DNA of 64,000 nucleotides from Gemmatimonadota bacterium (GTDB lineage Bacteria; JAAXHH01): NCBI GenBank assembly GCA_009838645.1, contig VXRC01000005.1, positions 26,858 to 90,857 of the forward strand, read 5' to 3'. Shown piece by piece: positions 55,139 to 64,000 of this stretch (position 1 is its first letter; each line of letters starts with the position of its first letter). The notes under the pieces were generated by a model. It saw only the letters and a program-made list of their open reading frames with translations, ran no database searches and was not told where the DNA came from. The position numbers and the translations under genes were made by a program.

Positions 55139-58100
55139 TCAGTTGAAGACGAACTCGGTCCACAGCCCGCCGCCTCGACGAAGCCGTTTCTGCTGGGTAA
55201 TCACGTTCAGCGTGTTCGTCAGTTCAAGCGTCACGCCACCGCGGACGTACCTGCTGAAGCGGTAGTCCGTCGTAACCGAGAACCGGTTCTGATTCTGGCC
55301 GTTGTTGGCCTGGAAATCGCCGCCTAACCGAGAGATCAGCGTCCTGTTGGAGTTCCGGGTGAATTGCAGCCGGGCGTTGATGTCCCCGCTCGTTCTCCTC
55401 CCGAAGATCCGGATTCCGGGCCTGAGCCGGTAGTCTAAGGCGACGGTTACCGACCTGTTCTGTAGTTTCTGATCGGTCGCGTTCCGCCCGAACTGGGTCA
55501 GTCCGTCCGATGTAGTGAAATTGCCTCTCAGCACCAGGCCCGCGTTCAGGTCGAAGACGAAACCGAACAGTGGAGACAGGGTCGTCGTGGTCGTCCGGGT
55601 GATGGCGGATTCGCCGGGGTCCGAATCACCCGACGCGGCGCCCTGGGCGATCGCCAGGTCCTGTTGCTTCAGGTCGGTACTCTTGACGTTGCGTCTCGAG
55701 AAACCGCTGGACAATTCGATCCGACGAAACAGCCGGCCGAATTCACCCATGCTCCTGGGATTGGGACTCCAGCGCAGGTTCATTTCCGGCCACGTGTTGT
55801 TGCGCTGCTTCCGGTTCAGGTTCGTGGACCGGTTATGGGTCGACACCCATGTGGGCCTGACGGAAAAGGACGCCCCTAGGAAACTGATCCCCGTTCCGAC
55901 GTTGAAGGTCGACCGGTTCGCTTCCGATTCCTGGTTGCGCTGAATGCCGGTAAACCCGCCGCCGGTCCCCAGGGTATCGAACGGTACGGAAAAATAGTCC
56001 GACAACCCCATGCGCTCCCGAAGGGTCGGGCGGGAGACCGCGTTGAAGAAGTTCTGATTGCGGCTGACCGTAAAATTGAGCGTGACCGGCGAGAGATTGC
56101 TCAAGACGGTGACAAACCGTTCTGCCACGTTACGCCTGAACCATCCGGAATCTCCCGGTTCCGAACTACTGGAAGTTCTACCGAAAACGTTCGATACCAT
56201 CCTGGCCATGTTGACATTGGTACGCACGCCCTGCTGGTTGTTGAACGTGATGGTCCTCGCTTCCGGAGAAGCGCCGACAAGCTGAAGCTGTGGATTCCGG
56301 TTCTCCGCGTATGACGTGGTAAAGTTGTAGGAAGGCCTGAACCAGGTGGTGATTTCGGGCCGGTAATCAATGCCCAGGTTCTGGCGGAAGCTGGTTTCCG
56401 GTCCGAATTCCAGGCTGGTAAACGATACGGTGGAATCGGATTTCATGTCGTTGGAAACGGCAAGGTTGTAGTTCATTCTCAACGACCTGAAAGGTTCCAT
56501 GATCGCTCTGATATTCCGATTCAGATACCGGGTGAAGCGTTCACTCCGGTCCGAAATGACCGAAGGGGTCTCACCGGGATCTCCGGCCTCGACGGTCCGC
56601 CCCGGCCTGTTGAGATAGATCCGCCTGTCGCGGTTTATCTCCGAGAACAACTCCAGTCGAACGGGGAGCGGGTTGAACGTCAGTCCTGAAATAAAATCCG
56701 GCAGCGGCATCCAGCCGAGAATCGGCCACTGGATCCTCGAACGCGGGGTCAGGTTGTACTGCAGCCGGGCCCGGTAGGCCCCGGAGGTATCGATCCTGGA
56801 AACGGAGTGCCGGTAATAGTTGGTCGACGTGTAGTCGAACCGGAGGCGTTCCAGGGTCCAGGCGACGAATGGATTCGAGGAACCGATACGCTTGGAGATT
56901 GAAGTCGAGAAGGACCGGTCGGTGTTCTCCGTGCGCTGCGCTTCGCGCTGTTCGCTGTTCAGCGGGACGATGTCTGAGCCGACCAGCAACCGGGGCAGCC
57001 TGAGATCGTTCCTCCAGCGGAGGCGCACCGGGACGGACAGCCCCCAGTCTTCCGGCAACATGTTTCCCAGGTTCAACAGGGAAGAGAAGTTCATCACGGT
57101 GGTCCTGCTCCCCGCTTCTTCACCGCCTATCCGGCGGAAGTGGCTGCCCACGCTTCTGACGGTCCCGAACAGCGAGAACACGTCGGCGAAATCGGCGTCT
57201 ATTTTCAAGCGTCCGGCCAGGCCCCGGTCGCGCCTGACGTCACCGGCCCTCAGTTCGTCCAGCCAGAACTCGCCTCCCTCGAGTTCGGAATCGTAAGGAT
57301 TGTAGATCCCGACCGTGATATGGCGAACCCGGGCCAGCGCGGGTGCTCCGAGTACCCTGTACTGCTTGTTCCCTTCCAGCTCGGCGATGGCCAGCGTGCT
57401 TCCCGTGCCCGGCGGTCCCTCCTTGAAACGCACGGGACGTCCCTTTCCGTCGCTCAATATGACCGTATAGGTAGTATCCGCCGTCGTCGCCGTCGCCCGC
57501 GCGGCTTCTGTTTCGCTTTTCAGGATCGTCAGGTCGTCGAAAACGACCCTGAGATGATTCGCATCGTCCCAGCCCGGGACCACGCGGGTCCTGTATTCGT
57601 AATAGTCGAATTCACCGCTGCCGAATCGTATAAAAAAGTCGGGCGACCGGCCGCCTTCGAATTGATCCGAACCGTGGATGTACAGTCTCAGGGTATTGTA
57701 CAACGTATAGTCCTGGAAGGAGAATAGCGTACGGTAGGCCTGGGCGCTGTGGTGAGGCTGCAGGTTGGTATAGGTGAGGATCAGCGACTGCTCCTTGTTC
57801 TGCAGGCCGGTTACCCGATCGTACTCGATGATCGCGCCTGGTGGCGTTGTGTATTCCCCCGGGTTGTCGTAGGTGTTCTTCACGGCCACATCGAAAGTCT
57901 CCTCGTATTTCGCCAGCGTTTCGGCCGGTACAGGGAAACCGCTGGAATCGGTAATGGCTCCGTGAAAGTCTTCCTGCCACTGGTTGCCCACGATGTTGAT
58001 GGAGGCGATGCGCGTTTTTACCGGTTCGTTGACCATCGTGATCCATAGCCGGACCGTTTCGATCTGGCGGAACCTCGGCATGCCCACCGAACCGTCGTAA

Positions 58101-61100
58101 GCCCGGTTTGACGTTGCGGAACCCCCCACCATCGATTCCGCACTGCCCTGTCCGCCCGCGTCACCCTCCCGCGGACCCGGGCCGAGCGGGTCGGCGCCGG
58201 ACAGTCCGGTGTCCAGCGGAATGCGGTACAGGCGCCAGCTGTCCGGGTTCTTCCAGTTGGATCGCTCCCGGTCGCCGCCGGCTACGAACATCGTGTCTTC
58301 GTGGTCCGGACTCAGGTTCACGACGAATTTGAAGTAATCGTTTTGTACATCGAGGAATCCGGAGTAGTCGAGGTCTTCGGTATCGGGACGCCGGTTCTGG
58401 TCCGGATCGCTGGCATTGACTTCCGGTCCATTGATCCTGCTGTAGTCGACCTGGTCGACCGGCACGTTTCCGCCCCGCGTGCCTTCGAAGGCGAAGTTGT
58501 CCCCGTGCGGGTCCGGATTCGTCACCGGGTCGAAACCGGTCTCGTCCTCGTCCCGCAGGCCGTCCAGCCCGATGTCTTCTTCCGGTTCCAGGAGATTGTT
58601 TCCGAAACCGTCGCTTCGGTCATCTTCCGTATCCAGCCGTCCGTCGTCATTGACGTCCTCGCTGATCACGCCTAGGTCGATGTGCAGTTCGCCCCGGTCT
58701 CCATTCACCCACAACTCAATGAACCGGCTGCGCGTCTGGTCGACGTAGCTGCCGGACAGCGGATGCATCAGACCCGCCCAACGGTTCAGCACGTCATCCG
58801 GTCCCATGGGCTGCCCCGGCGCGTTGAAGGTAGAATCCGCGTGTATACCGCCCCAGCGCAGGTCGGGTTCCGTGGGATCGAATTCCATGATCAGCACGTG
58901 CTGCAGCTGGTCGCGGCCCGTGACCTCGCGCGTCGGATAGATCTGGCGGACGTCGACCTGCTCCAGGGGATTGTACCAGATCAACCGGCCCCGCTGGCCG
59001 TGCGTGTGCCGATCGGGCGGACTGGACGGCCGCCAGCCGCTGCGGCGCACGCCCAGGTCGGTTTCCTCCTTGCTGCCTTCGAAGTCGTCGATGAACCCGT
59101 CGCCCAGGATATTGGGATTGGGCACGCTCTGGGCCAGTTCGGCCTCGATGATCAGCGAGGACGCCTCGTCCCCGAGGTCCGCGGGGGAAATGAAGTCCAT
59201 GAAAGAAGTCATAAAGTCCGGTTCGAATTCCAGGCGCGCATCGATGCCCCACATCATGTAGCGCCCGGTTTCGCGGCCGATCCGGGATTTCTGTTCCAGG
59301 GACTTGTCGGACCGGTACAGCAAGGTGCCCTTGATCCAGGACCGTTCGCTGAACTGGTATTCGCCCTGCAGCCCGAGCAGGGTGTTCGACACGGGCTTGA
59401 AGAACGGGGCGAACTGAAACTGGACGGTCACGTCGGCATCCGGGGTCAGGGCATCCTCATTCGTGAAACGGATCTGTCCGACCTCGTACAGAATGATGTA
59501 GTCCGTATCCCGCTGCAGTTGCTGGCCGTTCAACCGGACGATTTCACTCCCCTCGATGATGTTGGTCCGCCCGAGCGCATACTGGGACAACTGGTTCCGG
59601 TATTCGACCTCCAGGAAGTACTTGTGCAGCCTGCTATGTTCCCTGATGATCTGTTCGTTCGAAAGGTTGTAAATCCCGGGCGTTTCGTCGGGGAGGCCTT
59701 CGTCCTGCGTATCCGGGTAGGCCAGCTGTCCGGCGGAGTTCCGGGTCAGCATCGGCGCGAAGGGATACTGGTCGGGGAAGATCAGTTCGCCCCGTTCGAA
59801 ATTGATCAGCGAGTAGTCGATATCGACGCGCCGGTCGGGCTCGGAGTGGGCGTCCACTCCCCGGCGGTCGAGCCCCAGCAGCTGGACGTAAGGCGTTCCG
59901 TTCTCGTCGATCTCGCTGTGTTCGCCTTCGGACTCGATTCGGTAGATCCTCAGGTCGAAGTTATTAGGATCGATATCCGTCTGGCCCAGGTAGTACACGT
60001 TGCGCCACTCGTACTGCCAGGTACCCCACTGGGAGGGATCGTCCTGCACATCGGGAGGGCTTTCCTGCTGCCGTTTGAGCAGGCGCAGCAGCGGGACGTC
60101 GCCGTCGAGCCGGCCGTACTTCCTGACTTCTCCGTCGAGACTCACCGTCTCATAGTACACCGCGAGCATGTCATCATCCTGAAGGGGCGTATTAAGCGCG
60201 ATGTAGCCGAACTGTTCGTTTACGTAGAACTCGTCGGATTCCAGGAACCTGAATTTCCCTTCGATGAACTCACCTTCCTCGGAGCCCTGGATGAGTACAC
60301 CCTCGGCGTCGTATACCGGAGGCTCCGGGAAGGCGCCGGCATTGACCAGCCTGGCCTGGTTGGTGAGGGTCACCTGCCCCGACACGTAGACCTGGATCAA
60401 TCGGACCGAGTCCTCCGCCGCGATGTGGGAACCGTTTGCGTCCCTGCGCGAGAAGTTTCGGCGGTACCGTTCGTCGATGAAATAGTAGGTCCTGCGCCTG
60501 AAGTCGAGGTCCCTGATCGTCCGGCTTGAACCCTGCGAACCCGCCTGGAACGTGGCCGACTCGCCTTCCCCCTTCTCCTGGCTGGCGATCGCGGTCAGGT
60601 GGAAGCCGCCGAGTTGGCCCGTCGTCTTGATCCCGAACAGTCCGGTGTGCTGTTGCGTGTAGCCCGTGAACTCCGTGTTCTTCAGTTCGAGGGAAACGTT
60701 GCCCGCCTCGAAGCTTTTCAGGATGCCGTTTCCTTCCCGACCGTCGTCGAAGACATCCTGGTAGCGGATGGCGAGGTTGTTGTCGAGATCGGTGAACGCT
60801 TCGCTGTTCTGCTTGATGTTTACCTCGATCTTCTCGCCGATGTTCCCCGTCACGGTGAATTCCTGGTTTTGCTTCATGGACACGTTAGGCGTGCGGGAAA
60901 ACCGGTTGGTCGCCGTGCTCGCACTGCCTTCGGTCCATTCGCTGGCCATGTCCATCTCGATGCGCTGGTTTCCGAGGATCCGGATTACGGGTGAGCCGCC
61001 GCCGAGAAAAGTAGGCAGGTTCACCGGCACATCAAGGGTCAGCAGGCCTTCCTGGCTGAGTCGCGTTTCGGTGTCGAAGACGTAGGACAGCACGGACGTC

Positions 61101-61447
61101 CGCCACAGCGTCCTGAATTGCGCAGCACTGCGCAGCCGGTAGTACTGGTCGAAGGAAAGAACCAGCGGAACGCGCCGGCCGAGCCCGCGTTCCCCGTCGA
61201 TGTAGGCCAGGAGCTGGAGATCGGGATAGACGACGGTCCGTCCGCCGAAAAGCCACGGCGTGTCGGAGAGCGTACGCAGCGGTGATTTGCTTTGCCCGCG
61301 GGCGATTTCGTCAACCTCTTCGAACGTTACGAAGTGCAGCCGTGCGCTTTCGAGCCGGATCACAGGGCCTTCCCCCTGTGCCTGTGCGGCGAAGGTACAC
61401 GCGGATATCAGCACGAGGCTGAGGAAAATCGTGAAATTGCGTTTCAT
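55139..61447 (-). CDS. Giant (2102 aa) secreted outer-membrane beta-barrel-like protein, possibly a T9SS translocon SprA/Sov homolog
   Basis: A signal peptide MKRNFTIFLSLVLISACTFAAQAQ is present. The composition is dominated by N/T/Y/R/G/F with alternating amphipathic strands throughout, and the C-terminus is aromatic (WTEFVFN). Its size matches SprA-class proteins. The family assignment comes from recall only, not a verified motif. Confidence 0.45.
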   Translation of the reverse strand: MKRNFTIFLSLVLISACTFAAQAQGEGPVIRLESARLHFVTFEEVDEIARGQSKSPLRTLSDTPWLFGGRTVVYPDLQLLAYIDGERGLGRRVPLVLSFDQYYRLRSAAQFRTLWRTSVLSYVFDTETRLSQEGLLTLDVPVNLPTFLGGGSPVIRILGNQRIEMDMASEWTEGSASTATNRFSRTPNVSMKQNQEFTVTGNIGEKIEVNIKQNSEAFTDLDNNLAIRYQDVFDDGREGNGILKSFEAGNVSLELKNTEFTGYTQQHTGLFGIKTTGQLGGFHLTAIASQEKGEGESATFQAGSQGSSRTIRDLDFRRRTYYFIDERYRRNFSRRDANGSHIAAEDSVRLIQVYVSGQVTLTNQARLVNAGAFPEPPVYDAEGVLIQGSEEGEFIEGKFRFLESDEFYVNEQFGYIALNTPLQDDDMLAVYYETVSLDGEVRKYGRLDGDVPLLRLLKRQQESPPDVQDDPSQWGTWQYEWRNVYYLGQTDIDPNNFDLRIYRIESEGEHSEIDENGTPYVQLLGLDRRGVDAHSEPDRRVDIDYSLINFERGELIFPDQYPFAPMLTRNSAGQLAYPDTQDEGLPDETPGIYNLSNEQIIREHSRLHKYFLEVEYRNQLSQYALGRTNIIEGSEIVRLNGQQLQRDTDYIILYEVGQIRFTNEDALTPDADVTVQFQFAPFFKPVSNTLLGLQGEYQFSERSWIKGTLLYRSDKSLEQKSRIGRETGRYMMWGIDARLEFEPDFMTSFMDFISPADLGDEASSLIIEAELAQSVPNPNILGDGFIDDFEGSKEETDLGVRRSGWRPSSPPDRHTHGQRGRLIWYNPLEQVDVRQIYPTREVTGRDQLQHVLIMEFDPTEPDLRWGGIHADSTFNAPGQPMGPDDVLNRWAGLMHPLSGSYVDQTRSRFIELWVNGDRGELHIDLGVISEDVNDDGRLDTEDDRSDGFGNNLLEPEEDIGLDGLRDEDETGFDPVTNPDPHGDNFAFEGTRGGNVPVDQVDYSRINGPEVNASDPDQNRRPDTEDLDYSGFLDVQNDYFKFVVNLSPDHEDTMFVAGGDRERSNWKNPDSWRLYRIPLDTGLSGADPLGPGPREGDAGGQGSAESMVGGSATSNRAYDGSVGMPRFRQIETVRLWITMVNEPVKTRIASINIVGNQWQEDFHGAITDSSGFPVPAETLAKYEETFDVAVKNTYDNPGEYTTPPGAIIEYDRVTGLQNKEQSLILTYTNLQPHHSAQAYRTLFSFQDYTLYNTLRLYIHGSDQFEGGRSPDFFIRFGSGEFDYYEYRTRVVPGWDDANHLRVVFDDLTILKSETEAARATATTADTTYTVILSDGKGRPVRFKEGPPGTGSTLAIAELEGNKQYRVLGAPALARVRHITVGIYNPYDSELEGGEFWLDELRAGDVRRDRGLAGRLKIDADFADVFSLFGTVRSVGSHFRRIGGEEAGSRTTVMNFSSLLNLGNMLPEDWGLSVPVRLRWRNDLRLPRLLVGSDIVPLNSEQREAQRTENTDRSFSTSISKRIGSSNPFVAWTLERLRFDYTSTNYYRHSVSRIDTSGAYRARLQYNLTPRSRIQWPILGWMPLPDFISGLTFNPLPVRLELFSEINRDRRIYLNRPGRTVEAGDPGETPSVISDRSERFTRYLNRNIRAIMEPFRSLRMNYNLAVSNDMKSDSTVSFTSLEFGPETSFRQNLGIDYRPEITTWFRPSYNFTTSYAENRNPQLQLVGASPEARTITFNNQQGVRTNVNMARMVSNVFGRTSSSSEPGDSGWFRRNVAERFVTVLSNLSPVTLNFTVSRNQNFFNAVSRPTLRERMGLSDYFSVPFDTLGTGGGFTGIQRNQESEANRSTFNVGTGISFLGASFSVRPTWVSTHNRSTNLNRKQRNNTWPEMNLRWSPNPRSMGEFGRLFRRIELSSGFSRRNVKSTDLKQQDLAIAQGAASGDSDPGESAITRTTTTTLSPLFGFVFDLNAGLVLRGNFTTSDGLTQFGRNATDQKLQNRSVTVALDYRLRPGIRIFGRRTSGDINARLQFTRNSNRTLISRLGGDFQANNGQNQNRFSVTTDYRFSRYVRGGVTLELTNTLNVITQQKRLRRGGGLWTEFVFN

Positions 61448-61693
61448 AGATTAACGAAAATATACCTGGGAAGCGACGCTCGCAATACCTGTTGGTACGT
61501 CTGAAGGACGACCGAAGGATACCTGGCGTTCCATGACGGGAAGCCCGTTCCATGACGGGTAGCCCGCCGGCAAAAGACTTGACACGGCCCGCCGCCGGGA
61601 TTAGCGTAACCTTGCACACCGCGTTCGCGTGGGCGCCATAGCACGAGCGCCGTCGGCCCCGATGCTGAAAACGAAATCTGGAGTTTGCTTCCC

Positions 61694-61810
61694 ATGGAAC
61701 AACAAGCCACCGAGTTGACCACGGGCGGATGGGTCTTTCTCATCATCGCATGGACCGTAATCACGGGCCTGACCGCCGCCTGTTTTTACCGGGTAAGGAA
61801 GTTGAAATAG
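61694..61810 (+). CDS. Possible small membrane peptide (38 aa)
   Basis: The translation is MEQQATELTTGGWVFLIIAWTVITGLTAACFYRVRKLK, with a GGAG 8 nt upstream. It falls below the ORF-track size cutoff. Weak support. Confidence 0.2.
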   Translation: MEQQATELTTGGWVFLIIAWTVITGLTAACFYRVRKLK

Positions 61811-61987
61811 GACCCGGCGGGATTCGCGGTTCCCCACCGTGATTCCCGGTTTATCGGCCGGCGCCCGGTTGCCCTTCACTTTACGTCAAAGATCAACACG
61901 GAACCCCCGGTGTCGATTCCTCGCATACACTCCGTTTTACGTCTTACAGCGACAGCGAGTCCTCCCGATCCTGAACAGGCGCCCCGC

Positions 61988-62016
61988 TTGACATTCGGGC
62001 GTTTTTACCTTATTCT
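61988..62016 (+). promoter_or_regulatory. Sigma70-like promoter (TTGACA, 17-nt spacer, TATTCT) upstream of moaD
   Basis: The hexamers were read directly, about 45 nt upstream of the moaD ATG. Confidence 0.4.
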
Positions 62017-62060
62017 GTAACGGTTTTCCCGACTACGGATGACGCCTGCAAAGGACGGCC

Positions 62061-62327
62061 ATGCGGATCATCGTCAAATGTTTCGCAGGATGCAAGGACG
62101 CGGTAGGCGCGGCGTCGGTCGAGGTGGATCTCCCGGCGGGGACCACCGTTGGCGAGGCCTTTGCGGAGCTTGTCGATGCCTATCCCGCCCTGGCGAGCTA
62201 CGACCGGAGCGTGATGCTGGCCGTGAACCGCGAATACGCCGATCGGCAGTCCGTGCTGGCTGACGGAGACGAACTGGCGTGCATTCCGCCCGTGAGCGGC
62301 GGCGGCGATGCGGATTATCCCTCGTGA
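62061..62327 (+). CDS. moaD: Molybdopterin synthase sulfur-carrier subunit MoaD (ThiS/MoaD fold) with a 7-residue extension after Gly-Gly
   Basis: The translation ends ...ELACIPPVSGG then GDADYPS over 88 aa. Confidence 0.7.
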   Translation: MRIIVKCFAGCKDAVGAASVEVDLPAGTTVGEAFAELVDAYPALASYDRSVMLAVNREYADRQSVLADGDELACIPPVSGGGDADYPS

Positions 62328-62838
62328 GCGGCGGCCCGGTCCGATAGCGAGGGTGAAGTTCGTCGCCAGCGGCGATGAACGTCATAGTTGGCACGAATCC
62401 TCCCAAAGAGGCAGGTTCAAGCGCGTGTACAAGATCACGAGCGAATACATCAAGCCGGACGCTCTCTTCGAATGGTCCCTCAAGCCCCACCACGGAGCGG
62501 TGGTCACCTTCGCCGGTACCGTGCGGGACCACTCGGACGGCCGGAGGACCCTGCGCCTGGAATACGAGGCCTACGCCGAGATGGCCGAAGCCAAGATGCG
62601 GGAAGTGGGCGAGGAAATCCGCGAGAAATGGGGCATCGAAGACGTCGCCATGATCCATCGCGTCGGCACGCTCGAAATCGGGGAGATCAGCATCCTCATC
62701 TCCGTGGCGACCCCCCACCGTAAAAACGCATTCGAGGCCTGTTCCTACGCGATCGACCGCGTCAAGCAGATCGTGCCCGTCTGGAAGAAGGAGATCCGGG
62801 CAGACGGGGAGCGGGAATGGGTGGAACGCAATACCTGA
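62308..62838 (+). CDS. moaE: Molybdopterin synthase catalytic subunit MoaE
   Basis: The core matches MoaE, including GAVVTFAGTVRD...IHRVGTLEIGE...VWKKE. The true start is probably the internal GTG near 62425, which is preceded by an AAGAGG RBS. Confidence 0.8.
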   Translation: MRIIPRERRPGPIARVKFVASGDERHSWHESSQRGRFKRVYKITSEYIKPDALFEWSLKPHHGAVVTFAGTVRDHSDGRRTLRLEYEAYAEMAEAKMREVGEEIREKWGIEDVAMIHRVGTLEIGEISILISVATPHRKNAFEACSYAIDRVKQIVPVWKKEIRADGEREWVERNT

Positions 62839-62853
62839 AGACCGGTCCCTGTC

Positions 62854-64000
62854 ATGATAAACCTGGACCACGGCGCGGCGCCACCGGTTGACCCCCGTGT
62901 CATCGAAGTGATGGAGCCCTGCCTCCGCGAATTCGCCGGGAATCCGTCGAGCCTTCACCGGGCCGGTGTGGAGGCACGTAACGCCCTGGAACAGGCGCGC
63001 GGCCGGGTATCGGGACTGATCGGCGCCGATCCCGGCGAGATCATATTCACGGCGAGCGGCACCGAAGCGGACAACCTGGCCGTCAAGGGGATTGCGCAGG
63101 CGAGCACGAAACGCGGGCGGCACCTGGTCGTTTCGAGTATCGAGCATCACGCCGTGCTGTATGCCGCGAGAGCCATGGAACGGCAGGGGTTCGCCATTAC
63201 GGAGGTCCCTGCCGACGGGGACGGCGTCGTGCAGCCCGACCAGGTTGCGCGGGCCATGCGGGACGATACCGTCCTCGTTTCCGTCATGTGTGCCAACGAT
63301 GAGACGGGCACGATCCAGCCCGTGCGCGAAATCGCCGAGATCGCCCGCCGGAACGGCGCGGTCATGCATACCGATGCCGTGGCCGCCGTGGGGCGCATGC
63401 CCGTCGACGTTCTCAATCTGAACGTGGATGCCCTGTCCCTTACCGCCAAATCCCTGAACGGTCCGCCAGGCGCCGGAGCCCTCTACGTGAAGGCCGGCAC
63501 CCGTCTGCGTCCCCAGGTGGAAGGAGGCGTCCAGGAAGACGGCCGTCGAGGCGGACACGAGAACATCCCGGCGATCGTGGGTTTCGGCAGGGCGGCTGAG
63601 TTGGCGGCGGATGAATTGCCTGCCCGGATCGACCGATTGAAGCGGCTGGACGAATCGCTTTTACGCGGCCTGAGAGACCGCCTGCCGGATGCCGCCATCA
63701 ACGGGCATTCCGATCTGCGCCTGCCGGGTCACCTCAACCTGTGGATACCGGAGGCCGACGGCGAATCCGCGGTCCTGATGCTCGACGCCCGGGGCGTCGC
63801 CGTTTCCGTCGGTTCCTCGTGCGCCGCCCACGCGGCCAAGCCGTCGCACGTGCTGCTGGCCCTGGGGCGGACGGCGGCCGAAGCCCGGTGCTCGCTGCTG
63901 ATCACCGTAGGTCCGGACACCGAGGAATCCGAGGTCGGCGCGGCACTGGACGCGCTCTCTGAGGTCGTGGGAGAACTGCGCGCCATCGCCGGTGTGACGG
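62854..64000 (+). CDS. NifS/IscS-like cysteine desulfurase (class V aminotransferase); the 3' end lies outside the window
   Basis: Hand translation from the ATG near 62854 gives MINLDHGAAPPVDPRVIEVMEP...SIEHHAVL...SLTAKSLNGPPGAGALYV...GHENIPAIVGFG...SVGSSCAAH..., with the PLP-Lys and catalytic Cys contexts intact. It is open to the window end. It is absent from the ORF track, which instead lists a spurious antisense 494-aa ORF here. Confidence 0.8.
   Translation, partial: MINLDHGAAPPVDPRVIEVMEPCLREFAGNPSSLHRAGVEARNALEQARGRVSGLIGADPGEIIFTASGTEADNLAVKGIAQASTKRGRHLVVSSIEHHAVLYAARAMERQGFAITEVPADGDGVVQPDQVARAMRDDTVLVSVMCANDETGTIQPVREIAEIARRNGAVMHTDAVAAVGRMPVDVLNLNVDALSLTAKSLNGPPGAGALYVKAGTRLRPQVEGGVQEDGRRGGHENIPAIVGFGRAAELAADELPARIDRLKRLDESLLRGLRDRLPDAAINGHSDLRLPGHLNLWIPEADGESAVLMLDARGVAVSVGSSCAAHAAKPSHVLLALGRTAAEARCSLLITVGPDTEESEVGAALDALSEVVGELRAIAGVT

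Noticed and set aside
58682-60529. A 615-aa plus-strand ORF (and several others) inside the giant OMP gene
   Set aside because: It is antisense to a 6.3-kb continuous ORF with a signal peptide, and its sequence is low-complexity.
62074-63558. A 494-aa minus-strand ORF covering moaE and the nifS-like gene
   Set aside because: The plus-strand frames give clean MoaE and NifS translations with intact catalytic motifs. The minus frame is R/G/P-rich with no family resemblance.
1-64000. Mobile elements, prophage or integrative elements
   Set aside because: There is no transposase, integrase or recombinase, no phage structural gene, and no tRNA or att-like flanking repeats. Only the hicAB patch shows a compositional anomaly.

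Overview
This is a high-GC (about 65%) bacterial chromosomal segment. I see no rRNA, tRNA, CRISPR array, transposase or integrase. Promoters here look like canonical sigma70 TTGACA/TATAAT boxes rather than Bacteroidetes-type. The window holds about 50 protein-coding genes, mixing housekeeping with accessory functions.

Housekeeping genes recognised from the translations:
- cspA
- ahcY
- dtd
- maf
- kptA
- dprA
- obg
- icd
- mdh
- an aspC-like aminotransferase
- coaD
- rsmD
- comEA
- moaD and moaE
- a nifS-like cysteine desulfurase that runs off the window end and is absent from the ORF track

Accessory content that stands out:
- A surface module: a 1447-aa autotransporter whose passenger carries four single-Cache ligand-binding domains plus Calx-beta and Big_2 modules, followed by a 916-aa lipoprotein with Big_2 domains and plant-type leucine-rich repeats.
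- A translationally coupled operon encoding a 1236-aa fatty acyl reductase / acyl-AMP ligase / HAD phosphatase fusion, flanked by sugar-phosphate isomerases, a Zn-ADH and an FHA-GAF-PP2C phosphatase.
- An AhpD/CMD-family gene with an in-frame UGA exactly at the conserved Cys position plus a downstream hairpin, so a selenoprotein candidate rather than a pseudogene.
- Three PhyH-family dioxygenases in different cassettes.
- A hicAB toxin-antitoxin pair in a local low-GC patch with paired palindromes.
- A tungsten-type aldehyde:ferredoxin oxidoreductase.
- A K+ channel with an atypical GYTE filter.
- A 2102-aa outer-membrane beta-barrel-like giant, possibly SprA-like.
- Several 13-17 bp tandem-repeat arrays sitting just upstream of minus-strand gene starts.

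Many long antisense or alternate-frame ORFs in the track are high-GC artefacts and were rejected.
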